NCBI GenBank assembly: GCA_965216315.1
Contig: CBDCFN010000016.1
Location: 96,001-160,000, forward strand
Length of the DNA: 64,000 bases
Origin: a bacterium
GTDB lineage: Bacteria; UBA10199; 2-02-FULL-50-16; JAJFLM01
Direction: 5' to 3'
How positions within the stretch are numbered: the first letter of the stretch is position 1; each line of letters starts with the position of its first letter. Shown here piece by piece: positions 41,668 to 50,891 of this stretch. Under the pieces are notes generated by a model that had not been told where the DNA came from, did not search any database, and saw only the letters and a list, made by a program, of their open reading frames with translations. A program made the position numbers and the translations under genes.

Positions 41668-42165
41668 ATGACCAAAAGTCTCACGAATATCGAGCAGTGG
41701 ATTTATGCAATACGAGGTCAGCGTGTCATTCTGGATGAGATATTGGCAGAACTCTACGGCATCGAAACAAAACGACTTAATCAACAAGTTCGGCGCAATA
41801 TAAAGAGATTTCCAGCAGATTTTATGTTTCAGCTAACGTCCAAGGAAAATGACTCTTTAAGGTCACAATTTGCAACCTTAAAGAAAGGTCGAGGAACGCA
41901 CCGTAAATACCTGCCTCTTGCCTTTACAGAACAAGGAATTGCCATGCTCTCCAGTGTGCTCAATACAGACAAAGCGATCCAGGTCAACATCGAGATTATG
42001 CGAGCCTTCGTGCAGATCCGCCGCATGGCCTCCTACCATCATGATCTGGCCGTCCAGATAGGGCGGCTTGAGAAAAAATACGATAGCAAATTTAAGGTCG
42101 TTTTTGAGGCGATTCGCAAATTGATGGAACCGCCACGGAAAAAATCACGGAAGATTGGGTTTTAA
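41668..42165 (+). CDS. ORF6N-domain DNA-binding protein
   Basis: IRGQRVILD..LAELYG..LNQQVRRN..RFPADFMFQL..PLAFTEQGIAMLSSVL; ends KIGF. Confidence 0.92.
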   Translation: MTKSLTNIEQWIYAIRGQRVILDEILAELYGIETKRLNQQVRRNIKRFPADFMFQLTSKENDSLRSQFATLKKGRGTHRKYLPLAFTEQGIAMLSSVLNTDKAIQVNIEIMRAFVQIRRMASYHHDLAVQIGRLEKKYDSKFKVVFEAIRKLMEPPRKKSRKIGF

Positions 42166-42172
42166 AATCCAC

Positions 42173-42295
42173 TTCGACCTGCTCAAGAACATCATCGGCT
42201 TCGGCGACGACCTGCGTTTCGTCTCGCCGAGCGCCTCCGGTTCCTGCGGCGGACGTTCCCTCTACGTCAAGGCGCTGGCGGTGTCGGGAAAGTAG
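42173..42295 (+). repeat. pmbA 3'-end copy 1 (40 codons plus stop)
   Basis: Translates FDLLKNIIGFGDDLRFVSPSASGSCGGRSLYVKALAVSGK*. Confidence 0.92.
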
Positions 42296-42337
42296 GAAAG
42301 GCCCTTTTTCCCTTTATCGTTGCCCATGCCTTTAACC

Positions 42338-42420
42338 GTCCCAAAATGAAACCCTCCTTTGTGTCCTAACCAGCTAAGTCATTGAAATCTAAACAACACG
42401 CTTTTGGCACAGCCCTTGCT
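42338..42420 (+). promoter_or_regulatory. Sigma54 promoter with enhancer-like and IHF-like sites
   Basis: GTCCCAAAATGAAAC 42338; TAAGTCATTGAAAT 42375; TTGGCACAGCCCTTGCT 42404. Confidence 0.65.
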
Positions 42421-42482
42421 TAAATGATGGCAACAGGTGGCACAGGGCCCCTTGCAAATAATATCATAAATGATATCATCAT

Positions 42483-42704
42483 ATGGGAATCAAAGATAAG
42501 CTCAAGGCGGGTAAGCCCTTAACGTTCAGGGAAGCGGAAGTACTTCTTAAGGAGATGGGTTTCACCTTGAGTCACATCAAAGGCAGTCATCATCACTGGG
42601 TGCGGGGACAGGAGATTTTTACTTTGCCACGACACGGCAAGGAATTGAAACGCTGGGTGACTCGTGAACTGAGGAAACGATACGATGCCGAAGAAAAGAC
42701 ATAA
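42483..42704 (+). CDS. hicA: HicA-family toxin
   Basis: LKEMGF..KGSH..LPRH. Confidence 0.85.
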   Translation: MGIKDKLKAGKPLTFREAEVLLKEMGFTLSHIKGSHHHWVRGQEIFTLPRHGKELKRWVTRELRKRYDAEEKT

Positions 42705-43026
42705 CGCGCGCGAATATCCTTTTGTTATTAGCTATGACGCGGCAGACCAGGTCTACATTGCGCGGGCCGTCGATCTCGCGGGCTGTCACTCCGATGGGGC
42801 GACACCGGAGAAGGCCGTCCGACGCATCTATGAAGCGATTGAGGGTTGGCTGGAGACCGCGCGTAAAAAACGCATCCCTATTCCGGCGCCCTCCCGACTC
42901 CAGGCCCAACCCAAGAAGTTCCTCTTGCGTATCGAGCCGCACAACGTCACCAAGCTGGAAACGATGGCGAGTTATAATAAAAAATCCCTGAATAAACTGA
43001 TCAATGAGGCGATTGAGGGGCTTTGA
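42685..43026 (+). CDS. hicB: HicB-family antitoxin with RHH tail
   Basis: DLAGCHSDGATPEKA..AIEGW..IPIP..SLNKLI. Confidence 0.88.
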   Translation: MPKKRHNAREYPFVISYDAADQVYIARAVDLAGCHSDGATPEKAVRRIYEAIEGWLETARKKRIPIPAPSRLQAQPKKFLLRIEPHNVTKLETMASYNKKSLNKLINEAIEGL

Positions 43027-43092
43027 AATGGGGAATAGAAAAGGGCAAAGGTTAATGGGAAACGGTGATCTTGCCCCTTGCCCATTTTTTCA

Positions 43093-43185
43093 GGGGATGA
43101 GTTGAGGTTTGTTTCGCCTTCAGCTTCTGGGCCTTTTGGGGGACGTTCCCTCTACGTCAAGGCGCTGGCGGTTTCGGGGAAATAA
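43093..43185 (+). repeat. pmbA 3'-end copy 2
   Basis: Translates GDELRFVSPSASGPFGGRSLYVKALAVSGK*. Confidence 0.88.
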
Positions 43186-43549
43186 GAGCGGGAAAAGGGG
43201 AAAGGCAAAGGGAAAACGTTGCCCTTTTTCCGTTTACCTTTGCCCCGTTCTCCCCTTGTTTGGGTTACCCCTTCCCCGTACCAAATTGAAATCCTCGAGT
43301 TTCATTATGAGATGATATAGCTTGCTGCTGATGGCTTCGGCATGATCAAGCAATTGAGCATGTAAATCCCTGCACGAGAATCCTGCCAAACAACTAGATC
43401 TTCGAAGCGGCGAATAGATGGCATGCTTGGGTTAAGAGCAAAATTGATGCCAAGTGGGGAAGGGGAGCGGGAAAAGTGAAATGGTCAAAGGGAAACCTTG
43501 TCCATTCATCATTTCCCATTGCCCGTTCTTCCCTTGCCCCGTTTTCCCC

Positions 43550-43742
43550 CTAGGATATTGGGTCGAGAACGGTAAGATCGATCATCCGATCGCTGATTTT
43601 ACCATCGCAGGCAACTTCTTTGACCTGCTCAAAAACATCATTGCCTTCGGCGAGGACCTACGTTTCGTCTCGCCCCATGCCTCCGGTTCCTGCGGGGGGC
43701 GGTCCCTCTACGTCAGGGACTTGGCGGTGTCAGGGGAAATAG
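43550..43742 (+). repeat. pmbA 3'-end copy 3 (~63 codons, +1 base near the stop)
   Basis: LGYWVENGKIDHPIADFTIAGNFFDLLKNIIAFGEDLRFVSPHASGSCGGRSLYVRDLAVSG. Confidence 0.92.
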
Positions 43743-43746
43743 TAGT

Positions 43747-44046
43747 CTAGGTTATGATTGAAATCCCACGGCGCGGAGCAGGTACTAATTTGCATCCGTA
43801 CCCCAAGGCCTTTAGTGCATTGAACAGGACATCATAGGTCAGCTTGGCTGTGCCGATCCCCGATTCTATTTGGGCGACGCGGCTCTGGCTGACATCGAGT
43901 ATTTTGGCGAACTCGACCTGTGTCAGCTTTTTTTTGATGCGTAGCTCACGAATCAGTTCCATCAAATGCTGCTTGGCTCGTACTTCATCAATATCAATGC
44001 CGAGATCGCTTGCTATTTCTTTAGCCGATGTCTTCTTCCAGGGCAT
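43747..44046 (-). CDS. XRE/HTH antitoxin (HigA-like)
   Basis: LRIKKKLTQVEFAKILDVSQSRVAQIESG. Confidence 0.85.
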   Translation of the reverse strand: MPWKKTSAKEIASDLGIDIDEVRAKQHLMELIRELRIKKKLTQVEFAKILDVSQSRVAQIESGIGTAKLTYDVLFNALKALGYGCKLVPAPRRGISIIT

Positions 44047-44047
44047 G

Positions 44048-44380
44048 CTAAACCTCTTTCAATCTTTTTAAGATAACCTTTTTCTCGCGCTCCGGGATCT
44101 TTTGCGTTTTTTTTCGAAAAGCATGGAGCAAGAAGATGGCATCCCGTTTCTTTAAATAATAAATAATCCTCGCGATTCCGGCCCGATCACGGAGCCTTAG
44201 CTCATGCAAACCCCTCTGTATTCCTGGCAAGGGCTTGGAGATGGGTGGCCCCAGCGTTTGTCCCCGCTCCAAGAGAGCGATGGCATCAACGAAATCCTGC
44301 CGCGCTCGAGATTCCAGGTCGGCCACAAATTCTTCGACCGGACTGCGCCCGCTACGGGTTACATAATACTTTATCGGCAT
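44048..44380 (-). CDS. RelE/ParE (HigB/Gp49-like) toxin
   Basis: GRSPVEEF..GLHELR..ARIIY..LLHAFRKKTQKIP. Confidence 0.88.
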   Translation of the reverse strand: MPIKYYVTRSGRSPVEEFVADLESRARQDFVDAIALLERGQTLGPPISKPLPGIQRGLHELRLRDRAGIARIIYYLKKRDAIFLLHAFRKKTQKIPEREKKVILKRLKEV

Positions 44381-44446
44381 CTTCTATTATAAGTTGCTGC
44401 TAATATTAGTCAAGACTAATACTTTTATTCTTGTTGAAAATAGCTA

Positions 44447-44559
44447 AGCAAATACGATGCCAAGGTCGAAAAGAACGTAAGTGGTTGAAATCAGGGGTGT
44501 GAGTACTTATGAATGAGCGTTGCCGAGTCCGAGAATGCGACGACGCCGTCTCATTTTGG
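44447..44559 (-). promoter_or_regulatory. Sigma54 promoter with IHF-like and enhancer-like sites
   Basis: Reverse-strand TTGGCATCGTATTTGCT at 44447-44463; TAAGTGGTTGAAAT 44478; CCAAAATGAGAC (rev) 44548-44559. Confidence 0.6.
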
Positions 44560-44575
44560 CTTCTATCGCTGCGCG

Positions 44576-44643
44576 GGTGAACTGCGCTTCGTCTCACCGA
44601 GTGCTCTCTCTACGTCAAGGCCTTGGCAGTTGCGGGAAAGTAA
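44576..44643 (+). repeat. pmbA 3'-end copy 4 (internal deletion)
   Basis: GELRFVSPSA-[deletion]-LYVKALAVAGK*. Confidence 0.8.
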
Positions 44644-44839
44644 GGACGGTCAACGGCTAAAGGCAAACGTTGTTCCTTGCACACTCGTCTTCTCCTTCCT
44701 TTGATGTCACGAACTGTGATTTCAAAGATTAGTAAGGCACCTCTTGACAATCGGCAAAAATATCGGCAATAATACTATATATTTACGGCCTAATTCCCTT
44801 ATAATATGTTGAAATAATTGATAAATATAGAGATATCAG

Positions 44840-46033
44840 ATGGGCAAAAATATAGGCAAAAGTGAGCCGGTTTCATTGATGGAACCGATGATGCCGGCAG
44901 AGGGGTGCCGGGTGCTCGAGGACTTGGCGGTGGAACTGACGGAGCGGTCCCACCGTTTGGCGGGGCATATTCATCCTGTGGTGCAGCGCTCCGTCGGTGA
45001 CTTGGTGCGTGCAATGAATTGCTATTATAGTAATTTGATTGAAGGGCATGACACGCATCCCCGCGACATTGAGCGCGCTTTGGCGCAGGATTTCTCCACT
45101 CAACCGGAACAACGTGAACTGCAATTAGAGGCCAAGGCTCACATCGAAGTTCAGAAGATGATTGATGAAGCCCCTGCGAACGCACAGCTCATGTCGGTGG
45201 ATTATATTTGTTGGCTGCATCAAGAATTTTGCAGGCGTCTTCCAGAGGAAATGTTGTGGGTGGAAGATCCCGATACCAAAAGAAAGATCAAAGTGGTTCC
45301 TGGTGAGTTGCGGAATGAAACCGTCACAGTCGGCCGACATATTCCGCCGCGCCCCGAGCATCTTGGCAAATTCATGGCCCGATTCGAAGAGGCTTATCAA
45401 CCGGATCGACTCTCTAAGTTGAAGCGGGTCCTCGCTGTGGCGGCCTCTCATCATCGCCTCTTGTGGATTCATCCTTTTTTTGATGGCAACGGACGCGTCA
45501 CGCGGCTGCTTTCTTATACCTATTTGAAATATATCGGACTCAGTAGCGGCCTTTGGTCGGCGTCTCGAGGACTGGCGCGCACGGTTAGTGAATATCGGAC
45601 GCGCCTTGAAGCCGCCGATAGCGCGCGCGCCGGTGATTTAGACGGTAGAGGGAGTCTCTCCTTGCAAGGCCTCGCGGATTTCTGTCGCTACTTTCTAAAG
45701 ACTTGTATCGATCAAGTCGAATACATGGGGGGATTGCTCGATCCTACTGAATTCTTGAGACGGGTACAAATATTCTGTGAAGAAGAGGAACATGCGGGTC
45801 GGCTTCCCAAGCGATCTTTTCAATTGCTCCGTGAAGCTTGGCTGGTGGGCACGTTTGAAAGAGGGCGTGCTCTAGAACTGACAGGTTATGGTCAGCGTCA
45901 GGCACGAACCGTTCTCAACGAATTAGTGAAACAAGGGTTATTGACTTCGGATACGCCGAAAGGACCAGTCCGCTTGAACTTTCCAATCCACGTTGTTGAA
46001 CGTTGGTTTCCTAACCTTTATCCGGTTACCTAA
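44840..46033 (+). CDS. Fic family protein
   Basis: MNCYYSNLIEGHDT and HPFFDGNGRVTR. Confidence 0.92.
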   Translation: MGKNIGKSEPVSLMEPMMPAEGCRVLEDLAVELTERSHRLAGHIHPVVQRSVGDLVRAMNCYYSNLIEGHDTHPRDIERALAQDFSTQPEQRELQLEAKAHIEVQKMIDEAPANAQLMSVDYICWLHQEFCRRLPEEMLWVEDPDTKRKIKVVPGELRNETVTVGRHIPPRPEHLGKFMARFEEAYQPDRLSKLKRVLAVAASHHRLLWIHPFFDGNGRVTRLLSYTYLKYIGLSSGLWSASRGLARTVSEYRTRLEAADSARAGDLDGRGSLSLQGLADFCRYFLKTCIDQVEYMGGLLDPTEFLRRVQIFCEEEEHAGRLPKRSFQLLREAWLVGTFERGRALELTGYGQRQARTVLNELVKQGLLTSDTPKGPVRLNFPIHVVERWFPNLYPVT

Positions 46034-46037
46034 CAGT

Positions 46038-47252
46038 TTAGCGCAGTTTCTTCGGAGTGCTCGGAGAGAATTTAAAAATCCGTTCGGTTGGTGCGGTGTC
46101 GGATTGAGGTATTTCGAGTGGGTCCGGTGTCAGTTGAGAGTTGTCTTTGCTCGCCCGTTCAGCGCGCGCCTTGAGGAAATCTTCAATGCTTCCGCCGGAG
46201 GCAAGGGTCTGGGCCAGCGGCCAATGTTTATCGGCCATAACTTTTCGGCCGGCCGGAATAAATTCGAGGAAGCCCGCGTTGATTTGCATGTCCGGGTTCT
46301 TTTCGGAAGTCCGCGTGCGGACGTAGGAGAGCAAACAGCCGGCCTGAATCGGACCGCCCCGCCGCCTAGCGCCCAGATCGACGTAGCCACATTCAAAATG
46401 ACGGACCCGCGTTCCATTAATGACGTCGAGCGGCACGCTCACGCGCTCGACGCGTTCTTTCAGCTCCGCCCAGGGTAACACTTCCTGCTTGGGGCCGCCC
46501 GTGGCAACTTGGTAGCGCGGCCAGTCGCCTTCGAGTGAAACAAGATTGCCTAAGTTGTCGAACCAGACGCGCACGCGTGAACCGGGCCCCACGACGGGGA
46601 CGCCGTTCACCTTCCGACCGAAGATGGCGATGTTGGCGACGTACACCGGTTCCGGGGTTGCTGCTTCGGGAGTCGTCGCCGGGATGCCGGTTAGTGCTGC
46701 ATTTTGGGGTGGCGCGGGAAAAGCCATGTTTTTGAGAAAGCGCGTGCCGCGAAAGGTCAATTCTTCCTGAGCACCGAGCGGAATGAGATCTTTGAGTTGG
46801 CCAATCACTTGGCGGCCCCGGTTTTCCAATTCCGCATCGCTCATGCGGCCTTTCTCGCGGCCCTTAGCGATGTAGTCGGGATTGTCGAGGTCGCCGCGAA
46901 AGCGGAACTTGCTGCCGTCGGCGAAGAATTCGGCATAGCTGGCGCCGTTTTTATAAAAATCACGGTTGCCTGCAGTTTCGCGTTTGACCGCCACCAGACC
47001 CTTCGCGACGAAGCGCTCGCCAAAACGTCCGTCGAGTTTTTCGATCAATTTTTTGGCTATCGCTTCGCGACCGTCCGCAGGGAGTCGCGTCAGCACCGAG
47101 ACGCTATCGATAGGGAAACCGCTCTGCAAGGCAGTCTCCTGCTGCGCCTGTCGGTACGCGGACGGCCCGGCCCAAACGGTTGAACCGAGTAAGGTGAAAG
47201 CGAGCAGGCTCAAAAATGTCATCTTCATCATGCGTGCCTCAGTCATCATCAA
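46038..47252 (-). CDS. Secreted hypothetical protein, partner of DUF6345 protein
   Basis: Signal peptide from MMKMTFLSLL; FGRKVNGVPV resembles PepSY/YcdB-like repeats. Confidence 0.65.
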   Translation of the reverse strand: MMMTEARMMKMTFLSLLAFTLLGSTVWAGPSAYRQAQQETALQSGFPIDSVSVLTRLPADGREAIAKKLIEKLDGRFGERFVAKGLVAVKRETAGNRDFYKNGASYAEFFADGSKFRFRGDLDNPDYIAKGREKGRMSDAELENRGRQVIGQLKDLIPLGAQEELTFRGTRFLKNMAFPAPPQNAALTGIPATTPEAATPEPVYVANIAIFGRKVNGVPVVGPGSRVRVWFDNLGNLVSLEGDWPRYQVATGGPKQEVLPWAELKERVERVSVPLDVINGTRVRHFECGYVDLGARRRGGPIQAGCLLSYVRTRTSEKNPDMQINAGFLEFIPAGRKVMADKHWPLAQTLASGGSIEDFLKARAERASKDNSQLTPDPLEIPQSDTAPTERIFKFSPSTPKKLR

Positions 47253-48681
47253 TCCAACTCATGCAGAGATACTCGATCGTGTCGTCGCGCACTCGTGCGT
47301 AATTTTTAAAATTCTTCCAGGTCAGGGTGTCTCGACGCAGTCCGCAATTGGTCGCCGCACTGACGTTTGTCGTATATCCGCTGGCCATCACCGCCACCGG
47401 TTGATCGTCCAGGTCCTCGAAAATGCCGTCGTACCAGGCCCACTTGACGCTCTTGCCGTCTTGGAGTCCTTCGGCGTATTCGGTGGCGGCCTCCGGATAG
47501 GGGTAAATAGCGATGTCGTACATCCCCAGGGCCATCATCAGCCCGCCACGAAAGGTATTGATCCAACGCTGATAAGTATACTCATCAATCTGGAGCATGC
47601 TGCAGGCGACGAGGGTCAAAAAGGCGAGCTTCGTGCCCTCATCGCCAAAGCGCCAGCCCTCCCGGTTCGTACAGATGTTGACGTCCTCGTTCCACGCGCT
47701 GAGACAGGCCTCATCTTTATTCACTGCGCCATGGGTCGTGATCATGGCGAGGTCGACGGCATCCAAGCCCCCGTACTGGCACTGGTCACACCAGGAAGAA
47801 AAATATTGTTTAGGATTCTTCAGATTCGTCGAATAGAGTTTAGTGTCGGTATTGTCCAAGACGTTAATGAACTCGCTGACAAAACCATTGGTTTCCCAGA
47901 GCAGCTGTTGCCAGTCGTTCTCAAAGCTTTCCTGGCTGCGGACACCGAAGCACTTGCCGGGACAGGTATAGGCCGGTTCCGGCTCTTCTTGGATATTAAA
48001 GTACCAGATCAAAGGTTGCAGGAGTTGACCGCCGTCGACGGCTTGAGGCCCGTTGTCCATGTGATAGATGGTGACCTTATATTGGACGCCGTCTTTTAAA
48101 GGTTGTTCGGGCGTAAGTACGAGCCCCTTGTAGTAGGACGCAACCTGGACCGGTACGGTTTGGGGCTGCGCCCAGCCGACATAGGGATGGGGTCTCTCCA
48201 GTTTGACGGAGCCGGCGATTGACGCCGGATCGACGTTGCGATCGAAGATGATCAACACGTAGAAAAAGTCATCGAGGGCGACGACGTCATCGGGTCCGGG
48301 CTGGCGGTCCTCGACGTGAAAGGCGATTTGGATCTTGTCGTCCCAACGTTCGGCGGCAATATTGGGTTTCCTGAGATCCGGATGGATGCGTCGCAGCCGG
48401 TCCATTACATCCGTTTGCTTTAATAGGAGCGGCGCGGTGGATGGTCTGGCTTGTTGTTCGGCGCCGCGCGCATTCTCTTGAGATGCCTCTTGTGAAGATT
48501 CCGTTGTGTCTTGCGTGGATAGCGTCCGGTCCGAACCCGTTTCCATTCGATACAGGCCTGTGTCCGCGGCAGCCGCAGGGGGAGCCGAAAGTACGCCCAG
48601 GAGACAGAGCAGCGTCATTAGTATGCGGAGGTCTCCTGTTAGCACCCGGCCGGAGTTTGTTTGGTTTGATTTCGTTTTCAC
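47239..48681 (-). CDS. Secreted Ig-like plus DUF6345 domain protein
   Basis: Signal peptide; LTPEQPL..G.QY.V Ig domain; DAVDLAMITTHG..ACSML..V.WAW. Confidence 0.7.
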   Translation of the reverse strand: MKTKSNQTNSGRVLTGDLRILMTLLCLLGVLSAPPAAAADTGLYRMETGSDRTLSTQDTTESSQEASQENARGAEQQARPSTAPLLLKQTDVMDRLRRIHPDLRKPNIAAERWDDKIQIAFHVEDRQPGPDDVVALDDFFYVLIIFDRNVDPASIAGSVKLERPHPYVGWAQPQTVPVQVASYYKGLVLTPEQPLKDGVQYKVTIYHMDNGPQAVDGGQLLQPLIWYFNIQEEPEPAYTCPGKCFGVRSQESFENDWQQLLWETNGFVSEFINVLDNTDTKLYSTNLKNPKQYFSSWCDQCQYGGLDAVDLAMITTHGAVNKDEACLSAWNEDVNICTNREGWRFGDEGTKLAFLTLVACSMLQIDEYTYQRWINTFRGGLMMALGMYDIAIYPYPEAATEYAEGLQDGKSVKWAWYDGIFEDLDDQPVAVMASGYTTNVSAATNCGLRRDTLTWKNFKNYARVRDDTIEYLCMSWIDDD

Positions 48682-48710
48682 GCGGCTCCTTTGTGTTGGC
48701 CTATAAAATG

Positions 48711-48830
48711 TTGCAAGACATGTGCCAGCTTTCGGGAAGAGTTTGGTAAATAAACGTTTTAAATACAGAGGGTTAGCACGACGGCTCTTTGGAAGGCGTT
48801 ATCAAAATGATAATATTTTCATTTTGATAA
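48711..48830 (-). promoter_or_regulatory. Sigma54 promoter with two enhancer-like palindromes
   Basis: Reverse CTGGCACATGTCTTGCA; TTATCAAAATGATAA 48799 and TTTTCATTTTGATAA 48816. Confidence 0.7.
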
Positions 48831-48962
48831 TGATGACCCATGCACTGAGTGGCGCGCTGGAGCCGGGAGACGAGGACGTACCGTCTTATTCAGTTAAGTC
48901 GAGAAAACGGACACGGGTGACAATTCGACGACGATCATCAATAACCTCTTATCAAGTGGGGG

Positions 48963-49706
48963 TTGAACGTGGATTTCTTCTTTAAATTGTATGGCGATTT
49001 GCCCAAGCAAGGCCCTGGGAGTAAAGAATGTACTTTAAAGGCTCTGCATGCCATACCCGAGCATGAAAACTTTAAACATATCTTAGATGTGGGCTGTGGA
49101 ACTGGAAGACACACAATACTGCTTGCCGAAAATACCTCTGCCAAAATAACCGCGTTAGAATTTTATGATCAACAAATAGCAAGGCTGAGCAAAACTGTGC
49201 AGTTGGCCAATCTTTCTGGGCGTATTGGGATAGTTAAAGGAGATATGGGTGATCTTTCATTTGCCAACGAAAAATATGATCTTATTTGGTCTGAATGTTC
49301 AATCTACAATATTGGGTTCGAAAGGGGACTCAGTCATTGGAAGAATTATCTCAAGGAAAATGGTTATCTGGCTGTGTCTGAAGTCGTTTGGTTGACAGAG
49401 ACTCCATCAAAAGAAGTCAAAGAATGGTGGGATGAGGAATATCCTGACATTCAAACCGTCGATCAGAAAATCGATATAATTAAGCGATGTGGCTATGAGT
49501 TGTTAACTCATTTTGTCGAACCTAAAAATAATTGGTGGGAAGGTTATTACGACCTTTTAGCGAAGCGAATTGCAAAATATGAAGATGTAAAGGTTAACAA
49601 AGCAGAACAGGAAATCATCTCCATGACCAAAATGGAGATAGATATGTTTAAGAAGTATTCCGATCAATATGGCTATGCTTTTTTTGTTATGAGAAAAAAA
49701 GCATAA
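48963..49706 (+). CDS. Class I SAM-dependent methyltransferase (AT-rich)
   Basis: QGPGS, LDVGCGTG, DLIWSE. Confidence 0.88.
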   Translation: MNVDFFFKLYGDLPKQGPGSKECTLKALHAIPEHENFKHILDVGCGTGRHTILLAENTSAKITALEFYDQQIARLSKTVQLANLSGRIGIVKGDMGDLSFANEKYDLIWSECSIYNIGFERGLSHWKNYLKENGYLAVSEVVWLTETPSKEVKEWWDEEYPDIQTVDQKIDIIKRCGYELLTHFVEPKNNWWEGYYDLLAKRIAKYEDVKVNKAEQEIISMTKMEIDMFKKYSDQYGYAFFVMRKKA

Positions 49707-49804
49707 ACACGACTCAATCAGAATGACACGATCTGTAAATAAATTGTAAAACGCACCCGCGTCTTTTTGCATTCGTTTAGTCGACCTTTCGGCTCCTTCA
49801 GCCG

Positions 49805-50521
49805 ATGATGACTCTAATGAAACGAGTCGCTGTCAACGTCGCGTGGTTGGGGATGTGGTTGGGATCCATCGCTATTACCCTCTCCAGTCTGGTCTATTTT
49901 ATCCCCGGCGAACGGGCCGCCTTTATCATCGAGAAACTCCCCTTGGCGGCGGAAGGGTTGTTCGTTTTGGTTTTGCGCCTTCACGTCATCGCTGCGGCCT
50001 TGTGTCTGCCCGGCTGTCTGTTGCTGACCTCAAAGACCGTGCTCCGGCGCTGGCCTGGCCTGCACCGTTGGGGCGGACGCGTGGTCGGCAGCCTGGTGAT
50101 TTTCGTGTTGGTCCCGACGGGGTTTTATCTCGCCTTTTTCGCCCGCGGCGGTTGGGGTGCTACCTTGGGATTCATACTGACGGGCGCGATCGCGCTGGGT
50201 GCGATGCTGCAAGCGATTCGGACCGCGCGCGCGAAGCGTTTCGCGACGCATCGCCGTTACGTCTTCCATGTGCTGGGCCAACTCAGCGTTGCCGTGACGT
50301 CGCGTACGCTGTTGTTTGGACTCGAATCAGCCAATCTCGACCCCGATTTTGCGTACCTGGTCAGCTTGTGGGTTCCGGTGGTCGGTACATTCATTTTAGT
50401 CGAACTGTTGGGCGCGCCCGTCCGGGCTCCATTTATTAACAGGAGGTCTTATGAAAAATTATTTCACCGTAATAATGCTCTTGGCGACGGCGCTGACGCC
50501 GCTCTTAGCGGACGCGGCTGA
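49805..50521 (+). CDS. DUF2306-like membrane protein
   Basis: Several TMs; LHV..LHRWGGR..HRR motif. Confidence 0.7.
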   Translation: MMTLMKRVAVNVAWLGMWLGSIAITLSSLVYFIPGERAAFIIEKLPLAAEGLFVLVLRLHVIAAALCLPGCLLLTSKTVLRRWPGLHRWGGRVVGSLVIFVLVPTGFYLAFFARGGWGATLGFILTGAIALGAMLQAIRTARAKRFATHRRYVFHVLGQLSVAVTSRTLLFGLESANLDPDFAYLVSLWVPVVGTFILVELLGAPVRAPFINRRSYEKLFHRNNALGDGADAALSGRG

Positions 50522-50891
50522 CCGCTTCGAACGTTCCGCCCGCTCGACCCTGCAGGCGGAACTCTTAGCGCCCCTTGAACTCAAGGAGTCCAAGCGCTCG
50601 CGTTTCTCCCGGGCGATGTTGCCGCCCCAGGCGCGGCGCATTCGGATGACAGGCCGGAGGCCCCAGACTGATCGTCAAGGCCGCCGTTTCATTATGTTTG
50701 CCGTCGACGAGAGCCACGCCAAAGACGCGGCCGAAGATCAGTGGTTTAAGAACGCGATTACCGGTTGCGTGTATCCGGTGAGTGGCGAGGTCTTGGTGAA
50801 ACGCGGCGAGGTTTATTATGCCGCTCCGATGATGTGGGGCAAAGCTGTGCCGACCGCGCCGTCGCATGTCTGCCGGCCCGCTTCAATTTGA
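50451..50891 (+). CDS. Secreted hypothetical protein
   Basis: AGGAGG RBS; signal peptide. Confidence 0.6.
   Translation: MKNYFTVIMLLATALTPLLADAADRFERSARSTLQAELLAPLELKESKRSRFSRAMLPPQARRIRMTGRRPQTDRQGRRFIMFAVDESHAKDAAEDQWFKNAITGCVYPVSGEVLVKRGEVYYAAPMMWGKAVPTAPSHVCRPASI

Noticed and set aside
43454..43750. 98-aa ORF resembling a small PmbA
   Set aside because: Chimera of heptamer-repeat DNA and pmbA 3' copy 3; no RBS, not a plausible gene
46966..48099. 377-aa + strand ORF
   Set aside because: Antisense shadow of the DUF6345 operon
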